Positions 1 to 17,245 of a DNA stretch of 64,000 nt are shown in pieces. How positions within the stretch are numbered: the stretch's first letter is position 1; each line of letters starts with the position of its first letter. The notes under the pieces were generated by a model that worked only from the letters and a program-made list of their open reading frames with translations, was not told the DNA's origin and did not search any database. This stretch comes from Eledone cirrhosa (taxonomy: Eukaryota): assembly GCA_964016885.1 (NCBI GenBank), contig OZ024743.1, positions 244,776,001 to 244,840,000 of the forward strand. Reading direction: 5' to 3'. The position numbers and the translations under genes are program-made.

Positions 1-343
1 AATCGTGGGGGTTTAGTTTTCACAGCATCAATAACAAATCATGTATAAATAAGACAGTAATAACAACAATAATAGAAACAATAAAGGTAATAAAATAGTA
101 AAATGTGCATGGTAGATATATAGAACATGATGAATAATGTTAGGGATACATTGAGATGTTCATAATAATAATAAGAATAATAAGAGGAAAGTAAGATTTC
201 AAGGAGTGTAGGAGTAATAAGATAATGCACTTAGAATTAAGTTCATCTGTTAGAGATCATGAGTGCTAATGAGAGATATAATTGTTTGGTCCGAAGGAGT
301 GAATAACAGCGAAGATGGGATTGATTTATGGGCTGATAAGATA
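1..343 (-). repeat. Inverted copy of the PLE 3' region (pseudo-LTR type) upstream of the element body; runs off the window start
   Basis: 1-343 is the near-exact reverse complement of ~1172-1514. Confidence 0.9.
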
Positions 344-2824
<2,481 letters not shown>

Positions 2825-2981
2825 ATATAACTGCTCTGTAGAACAATTGATGTTATAACATTGAGCTATTTATCTTACTGGTAATAAGGTAGTAATAAAT
2901 TACTGACCTTCACTGTTTATGGTTTAAAATATACATAACTATAAAAAGTTTTAATATATACAAAACCATAAATAGTATCCC

Positions 2982-3065
<84 letters not shown>

Positions 3066-3920
3066 ATATATATATATATATATACACAGAGACATCTGTT
3101 CAGTCGTCAGATATATATATATATATATTTATTAAAATAACAGATTAAAGTTTAAGCAAAGAATCGCTGCTTTCACTCTTAAGGGGAGCTATATATATAT
3201 ATATATATATATATAGGTGGACTGCCTATAACGATAACCTGTTATCCCTTATATATATATATACATATATATCACATCCACTGATATGGATTCTGAACAT
3301 GTACACACGCTTAGGTCACATTAAAGTCAACTGCAAGAATCGGTGATAAGTTACAAAAAAGTGTGATGATCAATGACCTGGAAGTTGGCTTACCATGAGA
3401 TTAGTCCGAAGACTAAAACCCAAATCGTATGTTGACGAATATTCGTACTCCCGGTATGTTAATTGTAACATGCCGTCTTTGAGAGTAGAGTTTATTTTGT
3501 CGATATTTCGAGGTGTCGGATCGTGGGATATACAAGGACATCTGTTCAGTCGTCAACCAAAATTAGATCGTCGTCTGCTTTGTTTGAAATTTCTTTATGC
3601 ATATTTCTAATAAGTTGTGCCTCGTTTTGGAGGACTGTGTTGTTGGAGGAGGAAGGGGGTAGTGGGAGGGAGGGTTTAACACACACTAGTAGTATCTCCT
3701 CTTCCCCTTCTCTAATTGAAACGTCTTCTCTTTCTTCCTCCATTGTAAAGATGTCCCCAGGGGTTCCATTATAGAATTTTTTATTAAAATTCAATTCGCC
3801 AGCCTTGTTTCTGAATATTAGCTTAACATGTGTGTAAAGTTTCATCAGGATCGGTTCACTGGTATAGGCGCCAACTGGTTATACACAGACAGACAGAAAT
3901 AGCCATTTATATAGTAGATA

Positions 3921-3970
<50 letters not shown>

Positions 3971-3988
3971 TATATATATACATATATA

Positions 3989-4940
3989 TCTATATATATA
4001 AAACTGTGGTTGTCTGTCTGTCTATCGATTTTTGGCACACATCTCCTCTTAGAATCTCTCACAGAATTGCACCGAAATTGCTATACTTGTACATTGAGCC
4101 CTAGCGAAGACATCGGAAAAAAAAAATTTCAAATTGACCCACCCTATGTGACGAAATCGAATATAATGTATCGATTTTTGAGCGTAAGTTATCAGTTATT
4201 TCCCTTTGTTCTGTTTACATTGAGCGTCTTACGTAAAAAATTACGCTGGCTTTAACAGTTGTCGAGCCAGCAAAATATTGACCTGCAAAAATTCATCAGT
4301 TCGAACACTAAGCTTCCGTTTTGCTTCATTTCCATTTAAAAGCATTTTAAAACAATATTTTTACTTGAAAACAAGTCTATTTAAAGACTACGTAAAACAA
4401 GCAAATATTTCGTCGTTAGGCGTGCAGACAGACAGTCGTGCAGACAGACAGTCGTGCAGAGAGGTGATATACGCGTGCAGACAGACAGTCGTGCAGAGAG
4501 GTGATATAGGCGTGCAGACAGACAGTCGTGCAGAGAGGTGATATAGGCGTGCAGACAGACAGTCGTGCAGAGAGGTGATATAGGCGTGCAGACAGACAGT
4601 CGTGTAGAGAGGTGATATAGGCGTGCAGACAGACATAACTGATAATTTGGTTACGCTAATGTTTTTCTCTGCGTTGCAGTGTTTACATTTTCGATCTTTG
4701 TTAATAAATAACCAGTGCAGTTTCTATCCCCAGCATCCTCTTTTGTTATAACATTCGGGTTATCGTTATGTTTTCTTAACTTCATAAGGCATATTGTTGG
4801 TTGAGGGAATATTAATCAAAAACACCACATGCAAGTCTGCACAGTAGACACTACAGTTTTTAAGCCAAGAAAGAAACTTAACATTGTAACTTTAACACAG
4901 CTACTGAGCGACCCCGAGCAACGCCGGGCTTTACTGCTAG
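3989..4940 (+). mobile_element. Non-autonomous Helitron with an internal ~37-bp tandem array (~4417-4634)
   Basis: 5' TC, subterminal hairpin cccgagcaacgccggg, 3' CTAG, inserted between A and T in (TA)n. Internal unit aggcgtgcagacagacagtcgtgcagagaggtgatat. Confidence 0.8.
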
Positions 4941-5091
4941 TATATAATAAAGATGAAATAAAGATGGTTATAATAGTTCCGTATTATAACCATCTATATT
5001 TCATCTTTATTATATATACTCCAGTTCTACCAACTGTTGAGTGCTACATATCTGATATATGCATAGTTTTGTTCTACAATATTACTCACCT

Positions 5092-5161
<70 letters not shown>

Positions 5162-5240
5162 ATTGTTGAAGTTTCCGTGGAAAAGGTAAAAGCAATGAAG
5201 TGTTCTATGTAAGTAACAGAGCTAAATATTTATTATACAT

Positions 5241-5304
<64 letters not shown>

Positions 5305-6084
5305 TTTCAACAATGTCAGTATTCCGTGTGTCATAATTCTCGATTATCATTGATTTATAGGTTTCAAACGACTCTGCCCACCTCAACGACGCCAAACATA
5401 AATGAATATGCATAATGCCAATGAGGGAGTGAGAGGGGAGAGAGAGGCAAAGTGAACGCTGTGTTTGGATACACTATGTATATGTGTCCGTGTAGAGACG
5501 TGTGTGTGTGTGGAAATAAGAAGGGAAGGAAAGCAATAATTATTAACATGTGTGCGTGTGTATGTACGTGCGCGTATGTTTATGTGTGTGTGTGCGTGCG
5601 TGCAGCATTCCACAGAAAGTAAAAAACTATCAACATGCGTGAGTGTCTGCGTGTGTGTAAGTGCACGGGTGCGTGTGTAAGTTTGCGTGCGTCGCTTCTG
5701 ATTGCGGTGGTAATAAAACCTCATCATATGCTGAGTCTGGCAAAACGGTTGGATCCTATGGCCGGCCAGGGCTAGAGTAATATTGAAAAACGATTCTATT
5801 TTCGAAGTAGAAGGATCCGCCATTTGGAGTTCAAACCAGGCCACCTCCCCGAGTTGAACTCTGGGTAACATTGACTGTCTATTACTCAGTGGCTAAGAGC
5901 CTGGAAATTACTGGATAAATTTTTGTGTCATATAATTTGTTGTTTTATTATTATAGCTGACCACTTATAGATAAGTATGTTATCCATATCCATATTAATT
6001 TGGCATTTGTATAAACCATTTCAAGTAAATAGGGACCTTTTTTACATTGACGAACATCTTTTATATTAATTATCTATATCTATA

Positions 6085-6412
6085 TCTACATATAATATAA
6101 AAGATTGGAACTTCCATCATCCTTTTGAGAAACGTGGAACAACCACGTCTATGCACGTTTTACAGTCAGGCAGAAGATGAACCATCTCCTAGAGGTCACT
6201 ATTCTAGGTGGGAGCACAAACGGCACAAACGGTACAACGAAGAATGTGGTATATCTGGAAGATTTTTTTTACTGTTGTTTTTTTTGTATCACACAGACAC
6301 CACGGACTCGCCTCATACTGTAACCAGACAAACATCCAATACAGTCATTTTCTCTTTTACCTGTCTTCTCTTATCATCTGCTTACTCGGGCTAAGCTGGG
6401 TACGTCAGCTAG
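6085..6412 (+). mobile_element. Short non-autonomous Helitron
   Basis: 5' TCTACATATAATATAAAA, 3' ctcgggctaagctgggtacgtcagCTAG followed by T. The ends resemble those of the other two Helitrons. Confidence 0.65.
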
Positions 6413-6424
6413 TATATATATATA

Positions 6425-6477
<53 letters not shown>

Positions 6478-6893
6478 TATATATATATGTATGTGTGTGT
6501 TCAAGTAACTGTTCTTTGTGCCTTATCTCAAGAATCAATCTTCAAAAAGTTGGTGAAACCTTTTTTGTTTGTTTATATTTCAAATTTGATCTTTTGTTAT
6601 CTCAGCATTTGAAATCCTATATCGCGTTTCAATTTGTAATAGCGGTTTGATACCATCCCGAGTTCTTAGTTACGTATTTCTGACTACCTAGCAACATTTT
6701 GTTGTAGGAATCCTTATATCCATTGGATTATATTTCGCACATCTTCACTTAACACAGCCCGACAGGAAACGTTTTACTTTCTTACTTTCTTACTTTATTA
6801 CTTTATTACTTTATACGTTCATTCACCCCCTCCCTACAAACGTTGCATCTGCAAAATACTTTACTACCACCTTAACACCCCACACCGATACCT

Positions 6894-6939
<46 letters not shown>

Positions 6940-7027
6940 TCATGCAGAATTTGATACAATATTTGGCGCTTCTTGCGTGGTAGGTTGAGACTGATTCTTC
7001 TTTGACCTGCCTTCCTTCTTTCCTTCC

Positions 7028-7028
<1 letters not shown>

Positions 7029-7066
<38 letters not shown>

Positions 7067-7113
7067 ATAATAATAATAATAATAATAATAATACCACCAC
7101 CACCACCACCACC

Positions 7114-7202
<89 letters not shown>
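7029..7202. repeat. Compound trinucleotide microsatellite (TAC)n(TAA)n(CAC)n(TAC)n
   Basis: Read directly from the sequence. Confidence 0.95.
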
Positions 7203-8226
7203 GAATGTAGCTGTTGCTGCTACTGTTTACGAATGTTTGGTATAAACATTACGTTTGTGACGACCACTCGATAAGTTATGAGAATACTTATATGTATGTA
7301 GATATATTTACGTGTTGAGGACATTAACTATAATATATATATATTTATATATATGATATAATATATACCCAGTGTCGTCATTTATTAAACCACCGGATAT
7401 ACACAAACAATATCATCATACTCGCAGTGACACGTATATGACCACATTTCTACCGGAGAGTATTGAAACATCGCCGGCGCACCAAAACCTGAAGGGCAAT
7501 ATATACAAATATTTAAATATATTTGTACCTAGAAATATCTTTATACATACACATATATAAACTTAAATACATATATATATATATATATATATAAACACAG
7601 AGAGACATATACATACATATACAAACACACAGACATATACATACATGCACATATATACAATCTCACACAGCGATTCACACGTGTACCCTTAAAAAAGTTC
7701 AAGCGATAATTTGCCCGATATTGAAGCGTGTAAAAACAGACAGGATTATTTTGAAAGAAAACAAATATCATTAAAGCAACACATATATAAACATTTGTAT
7801 AATTATATATATATATATATATATATACTTAATTATACAACGTAATCTGTTGGCTGTCTGATCAGTCAAGCTTGCTTATATTACGGTATTATTTTTTCTC
7901 TAAATTTCTCCACTTTCACTCATATATACACACGTATGTAAAGTGGCAGTGGTGTCCTGAAAGTGCGAGCTTTGCGTGGTGTTTTTCAGTGCACGCGTGC
8001 TGTGTCTGTGTGTGCGCACACTGTCTGTGTAAACGTGCGTGTGTCAGTGTTTGTGTAGCGAGCGCTTGTCTGTTTGAGTATTTGTTCGTTTACTAGTGAG
8101 TGTAAGTGTCAGTCGCTCTGTGTGGGTGCGTGTGAGGAGTGTGCGTGTGAGTGTATGTGAATAACTTTATGGGCTTGCGCATAGACAGCCGATTCTGAAC
8201 GCGTCGATTGTGAAGGAACAGTTAGA

Positions 8227-8874
8227 ATGACAGACGGCGATACAAACACATCGCCTTCGAAACATTTGGGGAACAAACGGCGTAGGAAATTATTTACTCT
8301 CAAAGAACTGTCGCAGTGTTTACAGGAAAGCATGAAATCTCAAGTAGACGATGTACGCTCCACTATTTTTTGGAAGGCTTTCCTCGCCGAAGTTATTGGA
8401 TCCTTTTTCCTCGTGTTTCTAATCATAGGCTCGTTGATGCACGACCCTAAGAAAGAAACTGGACCCGATCACTTATATGTGGCTATTTTGGCCGGTTTCT
8501 TCATCGGCACCATCATCATGACATTTTTACACGTGAGTGGTGGTCATGTCAACCCGGCCATCAGTATCGGCTTTCTGGTCACACGCCATATAAGTTTACT
8601 GCGCTTTATCGCCTACATGGCGGCCCAATTGCTCGGTTCTGTGGCTGGAGCCTATATGCTGAAGGTGCTCTGTCCATCGACCATGCTCGGCACTCTACAC
8701 ACGGTCAGACCAAATGCCGATATGTCGGACCTACAAGCATTAATAATGGAATTTATCGTCACGTTTTTCCTCTTGTTCGCTGCTTTCTCAATGATTGACC
8801 ACGGCAGAAAAGATGTTTCAGGATCGATCCCGCTCGGGATTGGAATTATCGTCGTCGTAAATATTTTGGCTTGT
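8227..8874 (+). CDS. Aquaporin (MIP family), first coding exon covering TM1-TM5; partial CDS
   Basis: FWKAFLAEVIGSFFLVF (TM1), SGGHVNPAIS (first NPA), YMAAQLLGSVAGA (TM3), MEFIVTFFL (TM4), PLGIGIIVVVNILAC (TM5). A phase-0 GTAAGT donor at 8875 lies just before where the second NPA loop should start. The ORF read-through to 9042 is intronic (TTC)n/(TTTC)n. Confidence 0.93.
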
Positions 8875-8902
8875 GTAAGTAGAACCACATTTATTCCTCC
8901 TG

Positions 8903-8933
<31 letters not shown>

Positions 8934-8967
8934 CTTCTTTCTTTCTTTCTTTCTTTCTTTCTTTCGT

Positions 8968-9007
<40 letters not shown>

Positions 9008-10001
9008 TTGCCTTAGTACTTGGTTTAGTTGTTTTTGGCTAGGTGTTACCGTCTATTACAATTTTTTTCTTTTCAAACTCCCGCTCTTAACTCATTAGTG
9101 GGTCGCAAAATAAATAAAATGAATTCTGATAAAAAGAAAAAATTCTACAAAAATATATATGCGATCCTCAATGATAAACATATTGGGTCACATCACAAAA
9201 TGTAGCTCTTGTTTGTAGATCACACAGTAAAGAAAAACAAGTTTGAAAAACGTCAGGCTGTTGAATGTTATTATCCATGTTATTATCGATGCATGGATAA
9301 GTAGATTAGTAGAACCGCTAGATTATCGGGAAAAAACATTGCAACATTTAGTTTTGCTACTGTTCATAATTCAAATACCGCAGATTGGCGGTTGATAAAA
9401 TAAAATACCACTCCAAACACTGGAGTTAATTTCTATATTCCTATAATGCATCCGAAATATGAAAGGAATTATACTTGCGTAAGAAAACTACAGAAGCGGT
9501 GGAATTTAATATCTGCGAAAAGCGGCAAACAAGAGTTAGCTGGCGCTAATACATCCGTTAACCGAAAAATAATTATAATCAGAAAAATTATTCGAATGTC
9601 TTTGTAAGGTGAGAAGAAGTAAAGGAGGATTTATTTGATCCCGTCTTATTATAGGCACGTATCGATCAGGAGAAATAAAAAGTCAAATTTGATCATAAAC
9701 ACATTTCAATGCTGCTTCGATCTGCGGATATGTTAAAAATGGATCCAGCTTAACGTGCTGAGGCCCACAAGAACACACTTGATTAAGGTAACTTCTTCGC
9801 AATTTATATATATATGTAAAAAACGAAACGGATATAACGAGGAAGCATAATGCATAAATATATGTATATATAGTAAAAAAAACGACACAAAGAGAGTTAC
9901 GGAGCAGAATGCATATATATATATATATAATAACTAAAAATTGATTAACATATAAATAAACATGAATAATCACAGGAGATAATTTTTACAAGTGTGTAAG
10001 C

Positions 10002-10089
10002 ACACATAGCTAGGTAGGTAACTAAATAAAGTTAACACTATATATATATATATTGTTAACTTTATTTAGTTACCTACCTAGCTATGTGT
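10002..10089. repeat. Fold-back with 36-bp arms around a (TA)n spacer
   Basis: acacatagctaggtaggtaactaaataaagttaaca ... tgttaactttatttagttacctacctagctatgtgt. Confidence 0.95.
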
Positions 10090-10129
10090 ATATATATATG
10101 TATATATATGTATGTATATATATATATGT

Positions 10130-10199
<70 letters not shown>

Positions 10200-10517
10200 A
10201 GAGAGAGAGTGAGAAAGAGAGAGTGAGAAAGAGAGAGGGGGAAAGAGAAATAAATAGATATATACAAACACAGAGACACAGTAGCGTTTCCTGCCTAAAT
10301 GCAAAGCGTGCAATAATTATATATATATACTTATATATATATACTTATTATATATATATATATACTTATTATATATATATATATATATAACACAAATCTA
10401 ATTTTAATTTTAATTTTTAATTTTTCTGAGAGGTAACTGGAAAGGGGGTTATATGCTATGAGCACCTTCAATTATATAGGTTTTGACTTATTGTATGTCC
10501 TCTGGAATCGCCCCTGG

Positions 10518-10548
<31 letters not shown>

Positions 10549-10568
10549 ACACACACACACATAGACAG

Positions 10569-10599
<31 letters not shown>

Positions 10600-10632
10600 G
10601 ACACACACACACACAGACACACACACACACAG

Positions 10633-10664
<32 letters not shown>

Positions 10665-10679
10665 ACACACACACACACA

Positions 10680-10732
<53 letters not shown>

Positions 10733-11072
10733 ATTCAGAAACATACATAAAAATATATATCAAACATATACGTTTCTTTCACCGGATATGTATTGTTATT
10801 ATTTTTCCCTGGGTATTCTTACTGTTAGTTTTTCTTCCAATTCTACACGCCAATATTTTCAGTTGCCAGCCCTTTCGAAATCGAATGAAATGGTGATACA
10901 ACTGAAAGGTTTCTTGTACCATAGTGGCTTGATTGTTGAATGGACAGCTTCATATATATGTCAACTAGTGTTGCATTTTGTATTTTGTGCAACGATAACA
11001 TCGATAAATCTCCAATGCGTGTGTGTTGTGTGTATGTGTGTGTGCGTGTGTATTGAATATATATATATATAT

Positions 11073-11729
<657 letters not shown>

Positions 11730-11811
11730 GTATATATATATGTATATGTATATCGATGTACATATCTATATATATAAAAATGAATGTATGTTTGTTTGTT
11801 TGTCCAAAGAT

Positions 11812-12520
11812 ATAAACGGAGAAAGAGAAATCAACGTATATTCAAACAGAGAGTGAAAGAGCGAGTAGTCTGGCTGCTTTGAACCACTCCCTATATTAGA
11901 CTGTCTCTAAAGTTATAAACGGAGAAAGAGAAATCAACGTATAGACAAAGAGAGAGTGAAAGAGCAACGAGTGAAAGAGCGAGTAGTCTGGCTGCTTTGA
12001 ACCACTCCCTATATTAGACTGTCTCTAAAGTTATAAACGGAGAAAGAGAAATCAACGTATAGACAAAGAGAGAGTGAAAGAGCAACGAGTGAAAGAGCGA
12101 GTAGTCTGGCTGCTTTGAACCACTCCCTATATTAGACTGTCTCTAAAGTTATAAACGGAGAAAGAGAAATCAACGTATAGACAAAGAGAGAGTGAAAGAG
12201 CAACGAGTGAAAGAGCGAGTAGTCTGGCTGCTTTGAACCACTCCCTATATTAGACTGTCTCTAAAGTTATAAACGGAGAAAGAGAAATCAACGTATAGAC
12301 AAAGAGAGAGTGAAAGAGCAACGTATAGACAAAGAGAGAGTGCTATAAACGGAGAAAGAGAAATCAACGTATAGACAAAGAGTGAGTGAAAGAGCGAGTG
12401 TGAAATTTTTTAAATTAAAGATAATTTCAATAGAATTAGTATTCTCTCTTTAATTTAATATAATTTCAATAGAATTAGTAAATTCTCTCTTTAATTTAAT
12501 ATAATTTCAATAGAATTAGT
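11812..12520. repeat. Helitron-internal tandem arrays: 118-bp unit (~4.5 copies), then ~37-39-bp unit (~3 copies)
   Basis: gaaccactccc recurs at 11881, 11999, 12117 and 12235; ataatttcaatagaattagta occurs three times in 12421-12521. Confidence 0.9.
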
Positions 12521-12644
12521 ATAGTGTCTGTTTCACATTACTTCCCTTCCACTCCCATTACAGGGAATTCTTTTTCAGCTAGCCCTTAACTAAGTGCTGT
12601 AATTTGATATCTTCATTTCGTCTGTCCTTATTTTCCTGACCTGG

Positions 12645-14509
12645 ACACATACGTGGACCGACATCATTCCAAGAATTGAGAACAGTAAACGGTCAAGTAT
12701 GTGCCACATATCGTGAAGCTTGCCAAGAATTAAATCTTCTTGAAAATGATGGACATTGGGACACTTCACTCGCTGATGCATCGAATACTGCTCGACCAAA
12801 GCAAATACGCACATTATTCTCAATAATATTGACAACGTGCTTCCCATCAAATCCAAAAGATCTTTGGGAAAAATATAAAGACTACATGAGTGAAGACATA
12901 CGACATCGTTTGCGTGCAACAAATCAAAATATGAATATTCAATTCACACAAAATGTGTATAATGAAGCATTGGTTTCCATTGAGGTCATATGTTTAGCAA
13001 TCGCTAACAAAACATTGGTACAATTGGGAATGCCTGCGCCGAATCGATCTGTAAACGACATTTTCGATCGTGATTTGCAACGAGAAACAAACTTGGATGT
13101 CGCCGAATTGGGTACATTTGTTCAAACGAATCTTCCCAAATTGCTACCAGAACAACGCATAGTATATGACCAAATTATGCAGGCAATTATAAGTCAAAGC
13201 GGCGGATTGTATTTTATAGATGCGCCCGGTGGTACAGGCAAAACTTTTCTCAGTTCACTTATTTTGGCAACTATACGATCAGAAAATAATATTGCACTGG
13301 CAATCGCATCATCTGGAATTGCGGCAACTCTTTTAGATGGTGGCCGAACAGCACATTCAGCCCTGAAATTGCCATTGAATATGCAAATCGCTGAGACATC
13401 AACATGCAATATTACCAAAAATTCTGGTATAAGTAAAGTACTCCAATCATGTAAAATCATTATATGGGACGAATGTACTATGGCGCACAAAAAATCATTG
13501 GAAGCGCTTAATAATACGCTAAAAGATTTGAAAGGAAATGAACAGCTCTTCGGTGGCACACTCATTTTATTGTCTGGTGATTTTCGACAAACTCTACCAG
13601 TTATACCGCGATCAACACCCGCTGATGAGCTTAATGCATGTCTCAAATCATCAGTTTTATGGCGACACGTACAGAAATTAACTTTAAAAAACAATATGCG
13701 TGTACAACTACAAAATGACGCATCCGCTGAACGTTTCACAAAACAATTGCTGGATATTGGGAATGGGAAAATGGTAATCGATGATTCCACAAAATGTATC
13801 ACATTGCCAACAAACTTCTGTAGAATCACGGCAACCAGAGACGAACTGATTCACAAAGTGTTCCCAAATATTGCGCAGCATTACAAAAATCATCAGTGGC
13901 TCAGTGTACGTGCTATATTAGCAGCCAAAAACACCGATGTCAATGCCATTAATTTCAGCATTCAAAACGAAATACCAGGCGAAGCGACAACGTATAAGTC
14001 CATCGATACTGTAATGAATCAAGACGAAATTATCAATTATCCAATTGAATTCTTGAATTCACTTGATTTGCCAGGCATGCCACCGCACATTTTAACATTG
14101 AAAATTGGCGTGCCTATCATCCTTCTCCGAAACATCAATCCACCACAACTTTGCAACGGTACCAGACTTTCAGTGAAAAAGACGATGAACAATATCATCG
14201 AGGCTACAATTTTAAATGGAAAATTTAAAGGAGAAGATGTACTCTTGCCACGCATCCCAATCATTCCAACAGATACGCCATTCGATTTCAAACGTTTGCA
14301 GTTTCCGGTGCGACTCGCCTTTGCAATGACTATCAACAAAGCACAAGGACAATCGCTACAAGTGTGTGGACTAAATTTAGAAAATCCATGCTTCTCACAT
14401 GGATAGCTGTATGTGGCTTGCTCACGCGTCGGTAAACCTTCTGATTTATTCGTGTACGCACCAGAAGGAAAAACAAAAAAACATTGTGTATCCAAAAGCA
14501 CTTCAGTAA
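12645..14509 (+). pseudogene. Helitron RepHel Pif1-family SF1 helicase domain, 5'-truncated, with a premature stop
   Basis: DAPGGTGKT (Walker A), IIWDECTM, GDFRQTLPV, LCNGTRL, QFPVRLAFAMTINKAQGQSL. FSHG*LYVACSRV has TAG at 14404-14406 where Q is conserved, and there is a frameshift near the C-terminus. Confidence 0.92.
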
Positions 14510-14697
14510 AACAAATTAAATGTTCTTATAACGAATTTTCTTTAAATTCGTCAGTCATTCAGTCATTTAAAGATAAATGTTAAAATCTAAAAAATAGAAA
14601 CTAAATTACAGAAGTTTTTAAATAACGATTAAAATGTTAATATTATTCTTTTCTAAATAAGCTTTTTAACACTGAGCGAAGCCGGGTAGCTCCGCTA

Positions 14698-14739
<42 letters not shown>

Positions 14740-14855
14740 GTGTGTGTATATATATGTATATAGATGTATGTATGTATATATGTATGTGTGTATGTATGTA
14801 TGTATGTATGTATGTATGTATGTATGTATGTATGTATGTATGTATGTATGTATGT

Positions 14856-14886
<31 letters not shown>

Positions 14887-15006
14887 AATCAAGGAAACAA
14901 GAAACGAACAAACAAGAAGAGGATGTAATAACAAGGAAATGTATTAGTTTCACGCTTGGAGGAAGAATATATCTATATCTATCTATCTAACTATCTATCT
15001 GTGTAT

Positions 15007-16005
15007 ATGACCGAGCTGCAGTCCTGGGTCAAGCAAAGACCGAGGAAAATGGGCACATCGAATGTGCTCAGGCGCTCACAGCCCTCTGGCAGGCGGACCC
15101 GGCGATCAGTGGAGACTCCACTTCGTCATTCTATAGAGGGTTGATCCGCAGCAAGTGCGACGACGCGCTCGGTGAAACTCTAGGCGTAGAGGAAGATGAA
15201 CTGGCCAGTCTGTTCGGTAGGACCTTCCGCCCGGGACCGATGGACAACTTCCAAAAGTCCGTGGCCTGGCAGTGCTACTGAGGAGCTCTACCAGTTCGAG
15301 ACAAGCTCTATAGACATGGGCGCCCGGGCAGGGACCCTGCAAAAAAGATCTGTCCGAGGTGCGTGCGTAACGAAGAAATCGTCGCGCACGCATTCATACA
15401 CTGCCCGGGCGTCACTGACCTGTGGGGCTATGTAGAACGACTATTGTCGCGGGTGGGACCAATCCGGTTGACCACCGAGTCCATTGTCATGATCAAACCG
15501 CCACCCTCCTTCAAAAACGAAGGAGAGGCGGTTTTCCTTTGTGTGATAGCTATGGCGAAAGAGGTTGTATGGTGGACAAGGTTGAAAGGGCTGAGGTCAG
15601 ACACCTTTCTCTCCGGCCAACAACTGATTCTTTTTTTCAAATACCACTTTGGAAGAAGAATCAGGATGGAGAGAGAGGTGCTGTACCCCAGCAAGTTTTA
15701 TGAAAGGTGGGTGAAAGTGGCGAGAATGGCCCGAGTGAATGGGCCTTCTCTCTATATCAGCCTGTAGGTTGAGGAAAAGGAGGAGGAGAGGAAAGGAGTA
15801 CAAGCTCTTCGTACTCCTGGAGATGAGGGTTGCACATTTTTTTCGGGGGTCTGTGTTACCCATATAAACTGTCTCCCTCTATTGGGGAAAATCGACTAAC
15901 TTTTAAATTCCATCTGTGATAACATTTTACACGTTTTTATTGTATGTAAACTTCCCCCTTTGTATTTGTCCCCTTCTTTTGTGCCCCTGTGGCTAATAAA
16001 GAAAT
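15007..16005 (+). mobile_element. L1/Tx1-clade LINE 3' fragment, tandem copy 1
   Basis: Homologous to the 3' end of the LINE at 61335-64000; CPRC..E...HAFIHC Cys-rich domain; in-frame TGA; aataaag tail. Confidence 0.88.
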
Positions 16006-16021
16006 ATATCTATCTGTGTAT

Positions 16022-17022
16022 ATGACCGAGCTGCAGTCCTGGGTCAAGCAAAGACCGAGGAAAATGGGCACATCGAATGTGCTCAGGCGCTCACAGCCCT
16101 CTGGCAGGCGGACCCGGCGATCAGTGGAGACTCCACTTCGTCATTCTATAGAGGGTTGATCCGCAGCAAGTGCGACGACGCGCTCGGTGAAACTCTAGGC
16201 GTAGAGGAAGATGAACTGGCCAGTCTGTTCGGTAGGACCTTCCGCCCGGGACCGATGGACAACTTCCAAAAGTCCGTGGCCTGGCAGTGCTACTGAGGAG
16301 CTCTACCAGTTCGAGACAAGCTCTATAGACATGGGCGCCCGGGCGGGGACCCTGCAAAAAAGATCTGTCCGAGGTGCGTGCGTAACGAAGAAATCGTCGC
16401 GCACGCATTCATACACTGCCCGGGCGTCACTGACCTGTGGGGCTATGTAGAACGACTATTGTCGCGGGTGGGACCAATCCGGTTGACCACCGAGTCCATT
16501 GTCATGATCAAACCGCCACCCTCCTTCAAAAACGAAGGAGAGGCGGTTTTCCTTTGTGTGATAGCTATGGCGAAAGAGGTTGTATGGTGGACAAGGTTGA
16601 AAGGGCTGAGGTCAGACACCTTTCTCTCCGGCCAACAACTGATTCTTTTTTTCAAATACCACTTTGGAAGAAGAATCAGGATGGAGAGAGAGGTGCTGTA
16701 CCCCAGCAAGTTTTATGAAAGGTGGGTGAAAGTGGCGAGAATGGCCCGAGTGAATGGGCCTTCTCACTATATCAGCCTGTAGGTTGAGGAAAAAGAGGAG
16801 GAGAGAAAGGGAGTACAAACTCTTCGTACTCCTGGACATGAGGGTTGCACACTTTTTTTCGGGGGTATGTGTTACCCATATGAAATATCTCCCCCTATTG
16901 GGGAAAATCGACTAATTTTTAAATTACATTTGTGATAATATTTTACACGTTTTTATTGTATGTAAACTTTTCCCTTTGTATTTGTCCCCTTCTTTTGTGC
17001 CCCTGTGGCTAATAAAGAAACA
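16022..17022 (+). mobile_element. L1/Tx1-clade LINE 3' fragment, tandem copy 2 (period 1015 bp)
   Basis: Same 5' truncation point, stop codon and deletion as copy 1. Confidence 0.88.
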
Positions 17023-17038
17023 TATCTGTATATATACA

Positions 17039-17100
<62 letters not shown>

Positions 17101-17200
17101 TGTGTATTGAAGTTTTCCTACTATATATGATGATTTAAACTAATATGCAGCATCATTATATAGTGTTCTGTGTTTTCTTTTCCTTGTTCACTTTCACATA

Positions 17201-17240
<40 letters not shown>

Positions 17241-17245
<5 letters not shown>

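Larger units (their letters stand above)
11765..14698 (+). mobile_element. Internally deleted Helitron (no Rep domain) carrying tandem repeats and a Pif1 helicase remnant
   Basis: 5' TC, 3' ctgagcgaagccgggtagctccgCTAG, A|T insertion site in (TA)n, and a helicase ORF. Confidence 0.9.

Noticed and set aside
8875-9042. Phe-rich C-terminus of the 271-aa aquaporin ORF
   Set aside because: Read-through past the GTAAGT donor into (TTC)n/(TTTC)n intron sequence.
12676-14406. Host PIF1 helicase gene
   Set aside because: Intronless, bounded by Helitron TC/CTAG ends, truncated, with a stop in motif VI.
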